NCBI GenBank assembly: GCA_036172245.1
Contig: JAYWIR010000019.1
Coordinates: 1,674,001 to 1,738,000, forward strand
DNA from: Raillietiella orientalis
Taxonomy: Eukaryota
Reading direction: 5' to 3'
DNA length: 64,000 nucleotides
Position 1 is the first letter of the stretch; the number at the start of each line of letters is the position of its first letter. The notes beneath the pieces were generated by a model, which saw only the letters and a program-made list of their open reading frames with translations, was not told the DNA's origin and searched no databases. The translations under genes were made by a program, and so were the position numbers. Shown piece after piece: positions 38,301-50,849 of the stretch.

Positions 38301-41281
38301 TAAAAAATAGTATCATGATAACACCTTAAACTAAACATTTCTGCTTTAATAGAGGACTGATCTGTATTTCCAATTCTTGCTATTACCATGCATTGGTAAC
38401 AGCAAAATTCAAAAAAGAGAAAATAAGGAAAAAATGAACTTTATTTTGTAACAAACATACTTAAATGCTGAATGGAAATAATGTTATAATCTTCATTTTA
38501 CACCTAACAATATTGCAAACAGACTTTTTCTGTAAAGAATACATCAAAATATAAAATGAATGACTGCTAGGACTACAAGGATCTCCATGAAACATTAGAA
38601 TAATCCATGCTATGTTCCAGACTTCACACTGTCTGATTTTAATTTTCATGTACTTCATGAGTATAAGGATGCTTCCCCTGTTTCCTGCATCACTGAGCAA
38701 CTTCACTAAACCTTCTTAATTTATTGTTCATTTGATTGTTGATCCAAAAAACATCATACACAGTTGCTGACTTGAGCATGCAACTCTTCATCAAGCCCCA
38801 TTTGATTTTAATAAGTTTAATGTGAGTTTTGAAATTTACCTTTGTTTTATTAAGCACTACAAGTAGTCTTTGCTACATTTTGCAGATCCATTTGAAGCAC
38901 ACTGGCAATTTGTCAACTATCGCATGCTTTCTTACATCAAAGTTTTAAATGATTTCCGTTTCTTGTTTTTCTTCTTGAAAATCTAGGCTTTCCTACATTC
39001 TATTCAGACATCTACTAATTTTTCTGATTCACGAATTCGCAATGCAAACACGCAACAAAAGGAAAACAATGAACAAACAGTGGTTTCAAAGCAATTTATG
39101 GAGAAAAAATATGTATATACAAGTGGATATTAAATGATTGTCCCTCACCACCACCACCACATAATCAGTGGTTACTCTCCTAATTCAGTCTTAAATTATT
39201 TTAATTTAGTGTAGGATGGATGCCAGCAGAGGCATGGTTATCAGATTCACACAATCCCAGAGAATCACATGAATTAAGCTAGCCAATTGACTGCACAATA
39301 TATAAGCATACTATAGCACCAAAAGGAACCCAAATTTGTTCAGATCTTCAATATTACACATATCAATATTATGTCATTTGTTTACATATTACAGTCATAC
39401 AAAGTTGAAAGTGAGCAATACCCTTTCAGGGCACATAACTTGGCATGAATCAATTTTGCCAAACTCAAATGAATTCTGAAATGTGTTCCTTCAGAAACTT
39501 GACCACAGGTAGTTTAGACTGAAAAAATACACCAACAGATTCAGCATATAAAAACATTTTCCACAAAATGCATACCTTGCATAACCATCAACAAATTTCG
39601 AATTAAGATCAACAAATTTGAATACTTGGCAAAAGCATTAAAACCACAATGAACATAATCGAACTGGAAAGAATGAAATAGCATGATCAAACATAATGAA
39701 ATTATGCCTTGATTCTATGTATACACCTAACATGAAGCTCTAGTGGCATAATGTTTATGAACTATTGCAGTTCTCATGCTTTCAGTAATCTTTCATCCCT
39801 TTACATAACCATCACCTTCAAAGAATGAATGATACAAAGATGAAAAATACAACGACACGGTTCACAACAAGGATGGTACAAAAATTGAAGTTCAACAAAT
39901 TACTAAAAGCCAAATGGAAACTAAAAAATCTGGATATATGGATAACAAAAACGGATAAACTGGTGGATGCCAGCTGAAAAAAACAAAATTCTTAACACAG
40001 AAAGAATTTTCGATTCCCAGAATAAATTATCAAATTCTGTAGGTACATTACTGGGGGAACATATCACTCAACAATGAAATTCCGGTAAGTTTTTATCACT
40101 AAATTGGATCACATGCATTTGCAACTATCACCACTGACTGTTCTCCTAACAGTGATTACAGATAAACTACTATGTAAAAATAGGAAAGGCCGTAAAATGA
40201 TATTAATAATAATGATTGCGCATCATGCTTACTTAGAAATTCCAAATAAATACAGGACTTTAAACATATTGGTGTACGTGTTTAAATTCTTAGTATGTTA
40301 TGCATATTCACTTTGTGCTAATGAAAATTTTTTTAGGATTTCTAAAAGAAATCCAGCCACCAAATGCAACCAGTCATCTTTAAGAAACTATGCTCCCTTC
40401 AAGAAACCAACACTTTTTCATACATACATCTTTCAATGTATCCATGCATATTGTGACACCAGGGAGAATCAATATCACAGAGCAATTGACTCAACTAAAA
40501 TAGTATAAGGGAACGCATCAATGTGTGATACATTATAATTAAAACAGAACGTCCACATTGATCTTGCCGTCATTTTTTTTTCCCCCATTAAATGAGACAA
40601 CAGATCTCCATATGAATTGACACAATCTTTAAACTGATGGGTAAAAATCGAAAGAAGTAACTAATGACTGTCATAATTACTAAGTACCTGTTTCCAATAC
40701 TCAGCGTGGAATAATAAATTGCAACTAGAATAAGAAATTACATAATTTCCGAATTGGGAAGAAAGCACGTGAAGACCTAAGCCACTATGGTACTTTGAAT
40801 CATGGCTTTCAACACTAACTTCATTTAAAGAGTACTAATTTAGAACTCCTGCATGAAGATGAACCTCGGGACAAAATGATAGGAAAGCCTGAAACCTGAT
40901 AATCGAATAAAAGGGTATCAAGGAGTTTCTCCCAAAGATATTTTTTGTCTTCCCGAGTAAAATTTAACAAGCACTGAAATTTTGCCACTGGGATTGTTAA
41001 CAAAAACTTACAAAAACAAATGCAAGATTAACCAAAGAAATGATGTGCCAGGAAGAATCTGTTTAAATAAATATGCCTGGTATGAATGAATACATAATCA
41101 TACGAGCCGTAGGTTGCATCAGGGCACTTGTAAGAACTGGCATACACTTTTACTGCGCACATTTGGCAAACGAAGGAAACATGACCTTCCTGGCGGACAG
41201 CATTCGTTTTTATTTAACATCCCGGTGGCAAAGCATGTCCGATAAGAAACTTACAGTTAGACTACACATCCAGATACTTAC

Positions 41282-41364
41282 TATGGCGAATAACAAGCTG
41301 GGCATTTATACAAGGCAGTGTTCTTACTGCACACAAGACACGACTTTTCCGATAATAGAGGCAT
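41282..41364 (-). CDS. ZNHIT3: Zinc finger HIT domain-containing protein 3, coding exon 1
   Basis: ATG at 41364 reads MPLLSEKSCLVCSKNTALYKCPACYSP+TA, then donor |gtaagt at 41281. CxxC-x8-CxxC is the first half of a zf-HIT domain. Phase 2 matches the next exon. Confidence 0.92.
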
Positions 41365-43446
41365 CCTAAAACTAAATCTTGACACAGCTCGGGATTCAAT
41401 GCGATTACAAGCAGTGGGTTGTGTGACGGATCGTGGAGTAGGCAAAAAATTTATAAAGCAATCATTTTTTTTTTTAATGACGGCTTCGTTTTCCAGGACG
41501 CGCACAATGGCCACAACAACCGCAACTGTCTCCAGCTTCGCCCTGGCAACCAAGCCCTCCCCTGGGAAGACGCTCCTCCGAGAGGAACCCCGCGTGCAAA
41601 CCCACTCTGTGGTTTACCGAAAAATGAATAAATGGGGAAATAACGTGGGTGGTGGGCCCGGATGGAAATGCCGACGAAACTGCAGCTGGCCAGGATAAGA
41701 CGCCACCAGCTACTGCCCACATGGAAGTGCGCGCATCTCCCCTTTGGCATCCGGGTTCTTCCACTTCCGTTCCAGACAGTGCTCCGTGGGGGTTGGGCTG
41801 AGAGATAGTCGGGGCCGCAAACAGCGGCCCTGACTCTTCCCGGGGAGGCTGGGGACCCACCCGAACGGCGACGGGAAGGTGCAGCGGCAGCTGAATCAAC
41901 CACAGCTGACTTGGATCTGCAAGTGGATGTTTTGTGCACGAGACCGAAGGCGTGTAAATTACACGCAGATGCGTTTCTAGGGAGACGGTGTTGGGAGGGA
42001 TGCAGTTGGTTAGCGGGTGATTGCCTCGCGGTCGATTCGATTTTCTTCAACCGTGCCCTCTTCCATAATGGAAACACTGAACCGACCAAAATGAGCAAAA
42101 AGCGCAGAGGAACTTCACCTTTACACCTTTCGCTCCGCAATGGTGTCTTCTCCATCATGATGGACCTATTGGAACGGATGAGAAGGCTGGAAAGAATCCC
42201 TGCTTCATTGTGTCGCTTGATTGCAACACCCTGACTGAAAATCACAAAGCACAAAAAAACCATGCTATAGTTTTATGTGCATGCATCATGATCGGAATTT
42301 CGGGACTCCAAACTACGATCCAAGCATTTCCAGAAACTGGAAAAGAGGTGCTGCTGAACTGTAATACACTTAGCAAGCATAACAAAATGTATGAGAACGA
42401 AAGAAGTCATTCATTCATGTGTGAATTCGGGGACATATGACCGGACATCTCTATGGACATGTGAATTTTCGTCAGTCCTTTTTGATAGGGAATTGTGTGT
42501 GTGTTTTCTTTCATTTCCTTATTTGCAACTATGAAAGAGAAAAAATATGGCATGCAGACACGAAAAAAATGTCACGATACTGATTATTTTAATATTATTA
42601 TGGTCCCAAATTTCAAAAACCAATACCAAGACTATTTTAAAACAGTTGTACTTTGAAACGTGAGGATTTGAAAATTTGAAATTAGTTAGGTATATAGGGC
42701 TTTAAGAGAAAGAAGAAATCACTAATCCTAATCCAAAAGAATCAGAGAAACTACAAGTTTATTCAAGAGTTTATAAAAGTCTAGAGGTCATCTCTTTCTT
42801 CCACTAAGATATCTTCTCTGATGAGTAACGCACCAAATAACTAATAAATATTTTCCAATGATTCCAGAAATAAGCAGCACATTAATCACATATGAAGTAT
42901 GACTTCGAATGTTTCCTATATTCCTCAAAATTATTCTAAAAATAAAACTGGATCTCGTTCTTGATGAGCGAAATTCCATCTGCCATGGATCACTGAGTTA
43001 GTCATTCAAAATCTAAATACGTAAATCTTCAATGTTTTTACGAATTCTAATCTTAAGAGCAACACATATATTTTTGAAACGATGTGACTCTGATCAAAAG
43101 TAGTAGGAAATTGAAAGCATTTCAGCGGAATCTTTCCATATATTACTACTGGCTTCTTAATATTTAAAATAGAGGTGGCTGACTGTGCACGGTTGCATTC
43201 ATTTATGCATTCATTAAGCCCTGGTAAAGACGATTACATGTTTTATCTCAATCATAGTCCAATTTTCCAAGCTTTTTTCAAAGCTCACGGACCCCTTTAG
43301 ACATTTGTTTCAGGAAACACACGTATATGATGAACCACACGGCTTAGGGCAGCATACTCATGTCAAGAAATAATCTTTGTATGTTAAAGATTTTTGTACT
43401 CTTGTCGCTATGTCTCCTCCTTTGTTTTCACTTACATTTTACATAC

Positions 43447-46134
43447 CTACCAAGATGGCTGAAAAATCTTTCGATTCATATTGATTTAAGATAGGCGACA
43501 GCTTCCCGCAAAATAAGGCATTAAAATTTTCTGTTTAGGTTTAAAAAAAAAAAAAAAAAAAGACAGCATGCATCTATTCAAAAAGGCAGTCCTGTCGTCG
43601 TCCCGTTTTGATCTTCGCAGCTTTAACGTTTAAGTTTACTTAGAGTGATTTTGATTATTTCAATCTACGGTTAATATGAGAAATCAAATTTGAATGCAAT
43701 ATCTTCCTTTAGATTTTAAAATGCCGACCGATCCTCATCGTGTATCAGTACCGAGTGTTTAAGTTAAGTATGTATGTGCTGAACCGACCCGAAGATATTG
43801 TGGACATGTACTTTCTTTCACGCTATCGTACTTTCTATCACGAGATCGAGTGCCAATTGATGACGAAATTCAGATGGTTTGATTAGAACTATCTCTGATT
43901 TGCTTTTGTTCCTTCTCTGCTTAGTTTCTTGGCTAAATTGTGATGGTAACATCATACGCGTAGCCTAGTCTTTGGATTGAACAAATAATCTTTACCATTT
44001 TTTTATCTTCTTACTTTAGCCTTTGTTTGGTAATCTAGAGTTTCAAAAAAACGCCGTCTGGCCTTGAAAAGAAAAGGCAGATATCGAAGAGTGTTTCCAT
44101 ATAAGAAAATGAGAAATGCAAATGCTCAGATAGAAATGATTATTCCTCTGAAGGGCAAAAGGAAATTTTCCTATGCCCAATTTTTTTGGGATAATGAGAA
44201 TTCAGAGAATTTCAAACAAGATTCTGATTAATCAAACGTGCACGTAATCGGTGATCTGCGGAGGCCATTGGAGAAATTTTTCCGTCTCAACGAGATGCAT
44301 GTCCGTTCAAGAAACGTGCTGTGTACAGCACGGTTCTTGTCTTAAATTTATACCAATGTCTTAAATATATACAACCTCTTGAACTTAAAATGCATAACAA
44401 CAAATTTCTTATTTTTATTCTTTGTTTGCTTCATTTAAATGCCATCTAATTACACTGGTCTAACTACTGGGTTAGTTCTACCGAAGTTGTCAATGCTGGG
44501 GATGGACTCACGAGTGATTAAAGAGTGAATTCAATTTCTTTTGCTAAGCAACAGTTGCTTTCATGAAAATAAAATAAAACAATTATACATACAATTATAC
44601 AATTAAGCATACAAGATAACTGTTTATACAAATTTGAAACATGAAAGCTTACTACTAAACAATGTAGAAGAATTTAAGCACGCTTTTTACACATGCCTCT
44701 GATATCGAGGTTTCTCCAAATTTAACGTACTCCGCAATAGTAAGTCCTTCGCAATAAATTTCCATTACTTACGTTCACGTTTGTGTGGCAGTAGATTTAC
44801 AACGGCGAGTTTCATGGTGCTCAGGTCAGTTACCATTTCACAACAGTTTCAAGAGCCACTAACAAAATCGCCCTTTACAGCCAAGAGTTCCCGGAGCTCG
44901 AATTTCACCATAACTAATCTAGAGAGACAGCAATTATCAGCAGAATGATATTCGTTCATCCTTCATGATAGCAGGAAGATTCCTTTTATCTTATTTAAAT
45001 TTATTCAGATAGCTGATTTATAATATGAACCTTTATCTCTAAGATAACGTTATTATTAACTTTTTGATTTTTTTTTATGCGGTTTTATTTTCAGAAAAGT
45101 TCACCTCTACGGATGAAATTGAATTTTCATTATACCTTGTTTTGGAAACAAGTTTGAATCAGGATGACAGCTAAACTTTAAAATTCTATAAACAATTGAT
45201 CTGCTAAGCTTGTGACTAACCATTTTTTATAATTTCTCCTTACTTATCATTAAGTCTTCCATCTAAGTAATTCTGTATTATTAGACAATCACAATCGGGA
45301 TATTTATAGAAGATTGACTAAAATTTGAATTTTCATTTTGACAAGAATAAAAGATCCCTTAAAATCCAGTTCATTCTTTTTGTAACATTTGACTTCATAA
45401 CTACAGAATATGAGAGGCAACAAAAATAAAGCCTAACTCAATTGAATGTACGAGATGACCAAGATTGCTGGAAATTTAAACTCGAACTTTTAAAAATGAT
45501 AGTAAAATTCAACCTGATATAGTACCCCTGCTTTAAACGACACTACCGTAATGAAAAGCATGCGGGTTTTTGTGTGTGCCCTCATAAAAAAGCTTTTATA
45601 CCTGTAAACAGATTCTATATTTAGCGCCAGAATTTCTAGGAAACATGTTGTTTAAGATATTTATTATTTTTTTGAAAGAAATGTGAAGAAGGATTTTGCG
45701 TTAATGACATTTTGTTCGAAAAGTTGATCCTAGTGATAGTTACTTGAATATTCAAATTGGTCATTATGTGAACTTTAAAAGTATATTAAGCAGAAATAAA
45801 TTGCACTTTTGATACTAAACAGACTGATGATTACTTCCAAGATTGAGTAACGTAGCCAATGAACCATTTGAACTGTGTCCAAGACGGACAATCCATTAGC
45901 AAACATATTCGCCAAGAAGTAATTTTTTACGGTGCTTGCCTTCATCCCCAGCCACCCCGGTGACCAAAAAATTTGGCCCTATTTGGTTAGGGAATTTCCG
46001 AAATTCGATCGCCGTTGATTATTTGAGGTTCCGTTTTAGCCCACATCCATTTCATGGACATGCGAAACACATTATGTACTCTTATAGATGCATTATTAAA
46101 TGAATGTTTTTGTTATGTAACAAAAATTTTTTAG
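43447..46134. promoter_or_regulatory. Divergent promoter/5'UTR zone between ZNHIT3 and NLE1
   Basis: Both start codons are closely preceded by splice acceptors (tttag|GATG at 41366 minus; ttttag| at 46134 plus), implying upstream non-coding exons. The minus strand has GCCATCTTG (YY1-type motif) followed by donor AG|gtatgt at 43447/43446. A CCAAT box TAGCCAATGA lies at about 45853-45862. CpGs are locally retained near 43.6-43.9 kb and 45.85-46.07 kb. Confidence 0.45.
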
Positions 46135-46153
46135 AACAAATGACAATATAGCA

Positions 46154-48893
46154 ATGTTACCTGAAAAAGTTCTTGCACAATTTAAATTGGAAAATGGTGA
46201 TCTTTTGGGTGCCCCTGTGGATCTTCCTATTAGCATCAATGTAGATGCATTGCAAGAATTGTATATTATTCTTTCCAACACAGTAAGTAATTATGTCTGG
46301 AATAGATCCAGTTTCTTGAATTAAGTGCTATCAGCATTGTATCAATGTGCACCTGTAATTGTGTGCATTATCTTTAGTCAAAAGCATTCACAAGTAACAT
46401 TTTTAGGAAGATCTGCAAAACTGCTCATTTTATGTACAGGAAAAAGAGATAACTGAATCGTTGCTCCAGACATTAGAAGAAACTAGTTTTGAAGCTGAAA
46501 AAGTCTTGGACATTGTATGCCAACCTCATGCAGCATTTCAAGTTAAGGCAGTAACTAGATGTACAAGGTTATAGAAAACTTCAGTATTTTGATTGCCTGT
46601 CCGCCTTTAGTTTCCATTTCTATGAATGGCCAACAGTAAACCTTTTAATGCACTGTATAATCATATGAGTATCTGATTTGCACAACAGCAATTTTACTGC
46701 TCTAAACTTCATATTGACATATAATATAAGATTATTATTGTTACCTTTTTTCAAGCAGTTTTATTTATTTCTAGCACGTTGCCTGGTCATGCTGAGCCAG
46801 TAATTTGTGCTTCATTTAGCCCTAATGGCCAACATTTAGCTAGTGGATCAGGAGATAAAACAGTACGCTTCTGGGATGTCAATACTGAAACTCCTCACTT
46901 TACTTGTAAAGGTATGTCAGAGTGAAATTTATTATTAGAAACAAAGACAGCTAGCTTTCAAGGTACTTTTCATTGGCACAAATGGGAAAAGCAAATACCC
47001 AATATTTAAGATTTGTTGCAAAATTAATACAGGTTTCTTTCTAATAATCTCACTCAATTAGTACAGTTTTGTTCTCAATTAGCACAATTTGCATAAAAAT
47101 AATGAATCCCCAGTTTGGTTGCCAAAATAGTTACTATGCGATTTAAATTACATTTTGACTTGTCTAACTGTATTGAAATTAATCAATGCAACATGAATAG
47201 GGGTATTTTTTCTCTCTCTCACTCTTGTTTTCCCCATGTGGTATTGTACTGGATTATTTTTATTAATTCTTCTATTAATCGTATATGAAAAATGTTGAAA
47301 TCTTGGGTTGTTTTTTCCCAATTGATTCGTCCTGTTCGGTACTTGCTTAGAACCATTAATATTAGTGACAAAAGAAGGCAAAACCCATGAGAAATTTGTT
47401 CTTTACTTGCAGTGTTCAATAGAATATAAAAAAAAAGTATTTTCAGGACATTGTCCCACAACTGGCGAACCATAATGATTGCATTCAAAAAAAATTACGT
47501 TGCATATTTTTATCTTATAAATAGATTTATGAACTGAAATTCCTTTACTATTCAATCCAGGACACATTCATTGGGTCCTCAGTATTGCTTGGTCACCTGA
47601 TGGTAAGAAACTTGCTTCTGGGTGCAGAGCTGGACAAATAATAATATGGAATCCCAAGACTGGAAAGCAAATTGGAAATACTTTGCTTGGGCACAAACAG
47701 TGGATCAATTCTCTTTGCTGGGAACCATACCATTTGTGAGATGAAGCTCTTTCAGGGCAGATCATACTTCATGCGATCATTTCAGAAATTCTGCAACTAG
47801 GAGACTTGCTAGTGCTTCCAAAGATTCCGATGTTCGAATCTGGGACACAGTTCTTGGAAATACTTTATTTGTGTTGTCAGGACACACTCTTTCTGTAACT
47901 TGTGTTCGCTGGGGTAGTAAAGGGCTCCTATATACAGGATCTCAAGACAGAACCATCAAAGTATGGAGAACAGAAGATGTGAGTTCCAAAATTATTGTTT
48001 TCTTAATTTGCAAATTGCATAGGGTGCCCTATGTCGTACATTGCAAGGCCACGGACATTGGATCAATGTATTAGCCCTCAGCACAGATTATGTGTTGCGA
48101 ACAGGTCCTTTTGAACCTGCAGAATCAGAGCAGTTCTCCTTGCAAGCTCACAGTAGTTGATGTAATCAGCCTTTGGTCCCATTTTATTGCTTATTCAGAA
48201 ACTGAGGATCATTATCATAGTAAAGCTGTACTTCGATTGCAAATGCTGTTGCAGATCCAGGAAGAAATGTTGGTATCTGGTTCTGATGATTTTACTCTCT
48301 TTTTGTGGTTAGCTGATAAAGATAAAAAGCCTATAGGTTTGTTCACATCTGTACTTATATTGCATGACACTAAGGAAACCTTTCACCTTTAGCCAGAATG
48401 ACAGGCCATCAGCAGTTAGTGAATGATGTTCGTTTTTCACCTGATGGTCGTATTTTGGCATCTGCATCTTACGATCGCTCAATTAAGCTTTGGGACGGGA
48501 AAAGTGGAAAGTAAGCAGTGTTTTCAAGAATCTATGAATGAAGATTCAATTTCAGATTCATAGCTTCTTTGCGGGGCCATGTACAAGAAGTTTATCAAAT
48601 ATCTTGGTCTGCAGACTCCCGATTGTTAGTCAGTGCTAGTGCTGACTCCACTCTCAAAGGTAGACAAGATCAGAACTGTGTAATGTCTTATAGCTATTAA
48701 GTATGGAATGTCAAAAAAAAATGTTTGGAGTTCGATCTGCCAGGACATGCTGATGAAGTGTATGCTGTAGATTGGTCACCAGATGGGCAAAGAGTTGTTA
48801 GCGGTGGAAAAGATAAAGTGTTAAAAATGTAAGCCTGCACTAAACTTACGTGCCTTCTTATGAGAAAAATTGGCTTGTAGATGGCGCCAGTAG
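46154..48893 (+). CDS. NLE1: Notchless protein homolog 1 (Rsa4 orthologue; N-terminal ubiquitin-like/MIDO domain plus WD40 repeats), 11 coding exons, 474 aa
   Basis: Exons 46154-46282, 46407-46567, 46775-46911, 47561-47735, 47786-47978, 48023-48152, 48199-48336, 48393-48510, 48556-48659, 48702-48828, 48881-48893, all GT-AG and phase-compatible (1425 nt). Motifs: [95 protein letters not shown]-terminal IWRQ*. The start codon could be further upstream because the frame is open back to the acceptor at 46134. The donor at 48153 could instead be at 48156. Confidence 0.97.
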
Positions 48894-49199
48894 CATCAAA
48901 TCTGGGCAACTTCCCACAGCCTAAGGCATCTGTATCTTCATACTTCGTGCTCAGTGAATTCAGTGTACTTGGGAAGGAGATATTGAGTTGATATTAGAGC
49001 TTGGAGTCGCACGCTCGTACGTTGAAATCTATAACAAAACAGTAATCAAATGCATTTATACAACGATGTGTATTGCCAAGAGTATTGGGGTATTGGGCAA
49101 ACAAACATGAATACATGGGAAAAAGCTGAAGTACTGATAAAATCATCAAATTGTATATGGATCAGAAAACTAGATTCGGATAGATTTTTCTTTCTCTTT

Positions 49200-50300
49200 C
49201 GCTCTCCACCAATGTGGGAATTTTACGTTCCCGAGTCACTTAGCAGGCAAGAATACTGATCCTTTTCTGTTTCTGGTGGATGGTGTGGTTTCTCTGGGGA
49301 TCTCTGGCCAGGAGGTTGGGTAGGGTGGAGAGCCCATCATCCACAACGGATGTGGTGAAGCCAGGAATCTTCCTTTGTGTGAGCTGAGGAAAGACGGACA
49401 GCCCCAAAGAAGTGTCTCCCCAGTGGCTGCACATTTTCTTCTTCCCCACGAACCACAGGCCACCCAACCTCACTTCCCCGGAAAACGTCCTCCACTCTGC
49501 CACTGTCATGCAAGTCCTTTCCCCAATCCTACTGGAGGTGGGGTAGTTTATTTGTAAACTCAAAGAAACACCAGAAGACAAGCAAATAGGAACGTGTCCT
49601 TGCCGTGTTTCGGACTATTTGTTGAGTTTTATTTAGCACGTAATGATAGTTCCATGCAGGAATCTTCCTGTGACTGGGGATTTCTATTTCGAGCCTTAAT
49701 AAAACTGTGATGATGCCAGTGGCTGATGCGCCTCTGGTTTCATTTGCTCTTCTGATCATGATGCTGCTTGCATAGAAGACGACTGTGGTCCTCTCCATCA
49801 GAGTGTAGATGGAGGCGTTTTCAAGTCCCTCTCACAGTCCACGGAGTATTTCCATTCTGGTTTTGTCCTCTAGCTTCAGGACCTTACTGAGTACTTGCCA
49901 AACTTTGTGCACAGTGTGGCAAGTGAACGGGTGGTGCATCATTTCCTTTCCACCATCGCAAAATCGGCCGAGTGGGTTCCGTGTACGGAGGCCTTGGTCT
50001 GCTGCGCAAGAAGCCACTGTGATAGAAAATCAGCAGGTCATCCAGTCCCCGTTCCTGGCTTTCCAGATTCCACTTGTTCTGTGTGCATCCCTTTGCCCCT
50101 TTGTAAAGCCATACTTCGTGGGCGTTGCCTCTTCGAAAGAATGGCTCGTATTCCTGAATGTTTAAGCGTGCTTCTTGTTTCCAGCTGTCTCGCTGTAGTT
50201 GATGGTATAGGGGGCAACAAAGGGAACACTAACGAGTTCTTTTCCCCAGAGTTCCTTGCTTTTTTTTTCCTGCTCCATTCGGAGGACTTTGTCCACGACC
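49200..50300 (-). mobile_element. 3' fragment of L1/Tx1-clade LINE ORF2
   Basis: RFCDGGKEMMHHPFTCHTVHKVWQVL is a zf-RVT-like finger. It is followed by KTRMEILRGL..IRRA, paralleling STKMDILTGL..IRRAK in the 54.5 kb element. Confidence 0.65.
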
Positions 50301-50849
50301 AACTGTTGCTTTCTGCTTCATGTAGGATCAGTTACGTCCCACTTTTTTCCAAACGTTCACGAGTCCCTCTGATCCATTCATCCATACTCCTTATTCTATC
50401 CCTCTTATGCTTCCTATTCATAATACTATTTCCTCTAAAACTCCAATTACCAACGTTCGTAGTTTATTTGAAAAAAAAAAAAAAAAAAAAAACGATTCTG
50501 TGCATCGAAGACTAACTAGTAAAGGCAAATCCATCCCAAATCAAGAAATAATCCTTTCATATCCTTTGATCCATATATCTTTATGAACTAGTTGTCTACC
50601 ATCAATTCGTCCTCACCATCACCCCACCTCACAACAAGTAAAACCCCAACACGTGTTCCTCGACCTATCATATTGATATCGAGACACCATTCCCCGTCAT
50701 CACACAGCCACGTGCATAACAATTAAACTCTTTACTGCCTCCATTTCACTCCACCTTCCCATAAATAGCCACCCTCGAAAAATTGGACCCTCGAACCTAC
50801 AGTTGGTGACCTTTTTAAGAATGGGTCTCATTCGAGATAGCACAGTTTG

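Noticed and set aside
43855..43900. Box C/D snoRNA
   Set aside because: Only about 40 nt from box C to box D, and no rRNA-antisense element that I can recognise.
45846..45862. U4 snRNA (AGTAACGTAGCCAATGA resembles the U4 5' stem-loop)
   Set aside because: The flanks do not match U4. The motif is better explained as a CCAAT box upstream of NLE1.
45859..45918. Upstream NLE1 coding exon MNHLNCVQDGQSISKHIRQE|gtaatt
   Set aside because: It ends in phase 0 but the acceptor at 46134 needs phase 2, and it has no similarity to NLE1.
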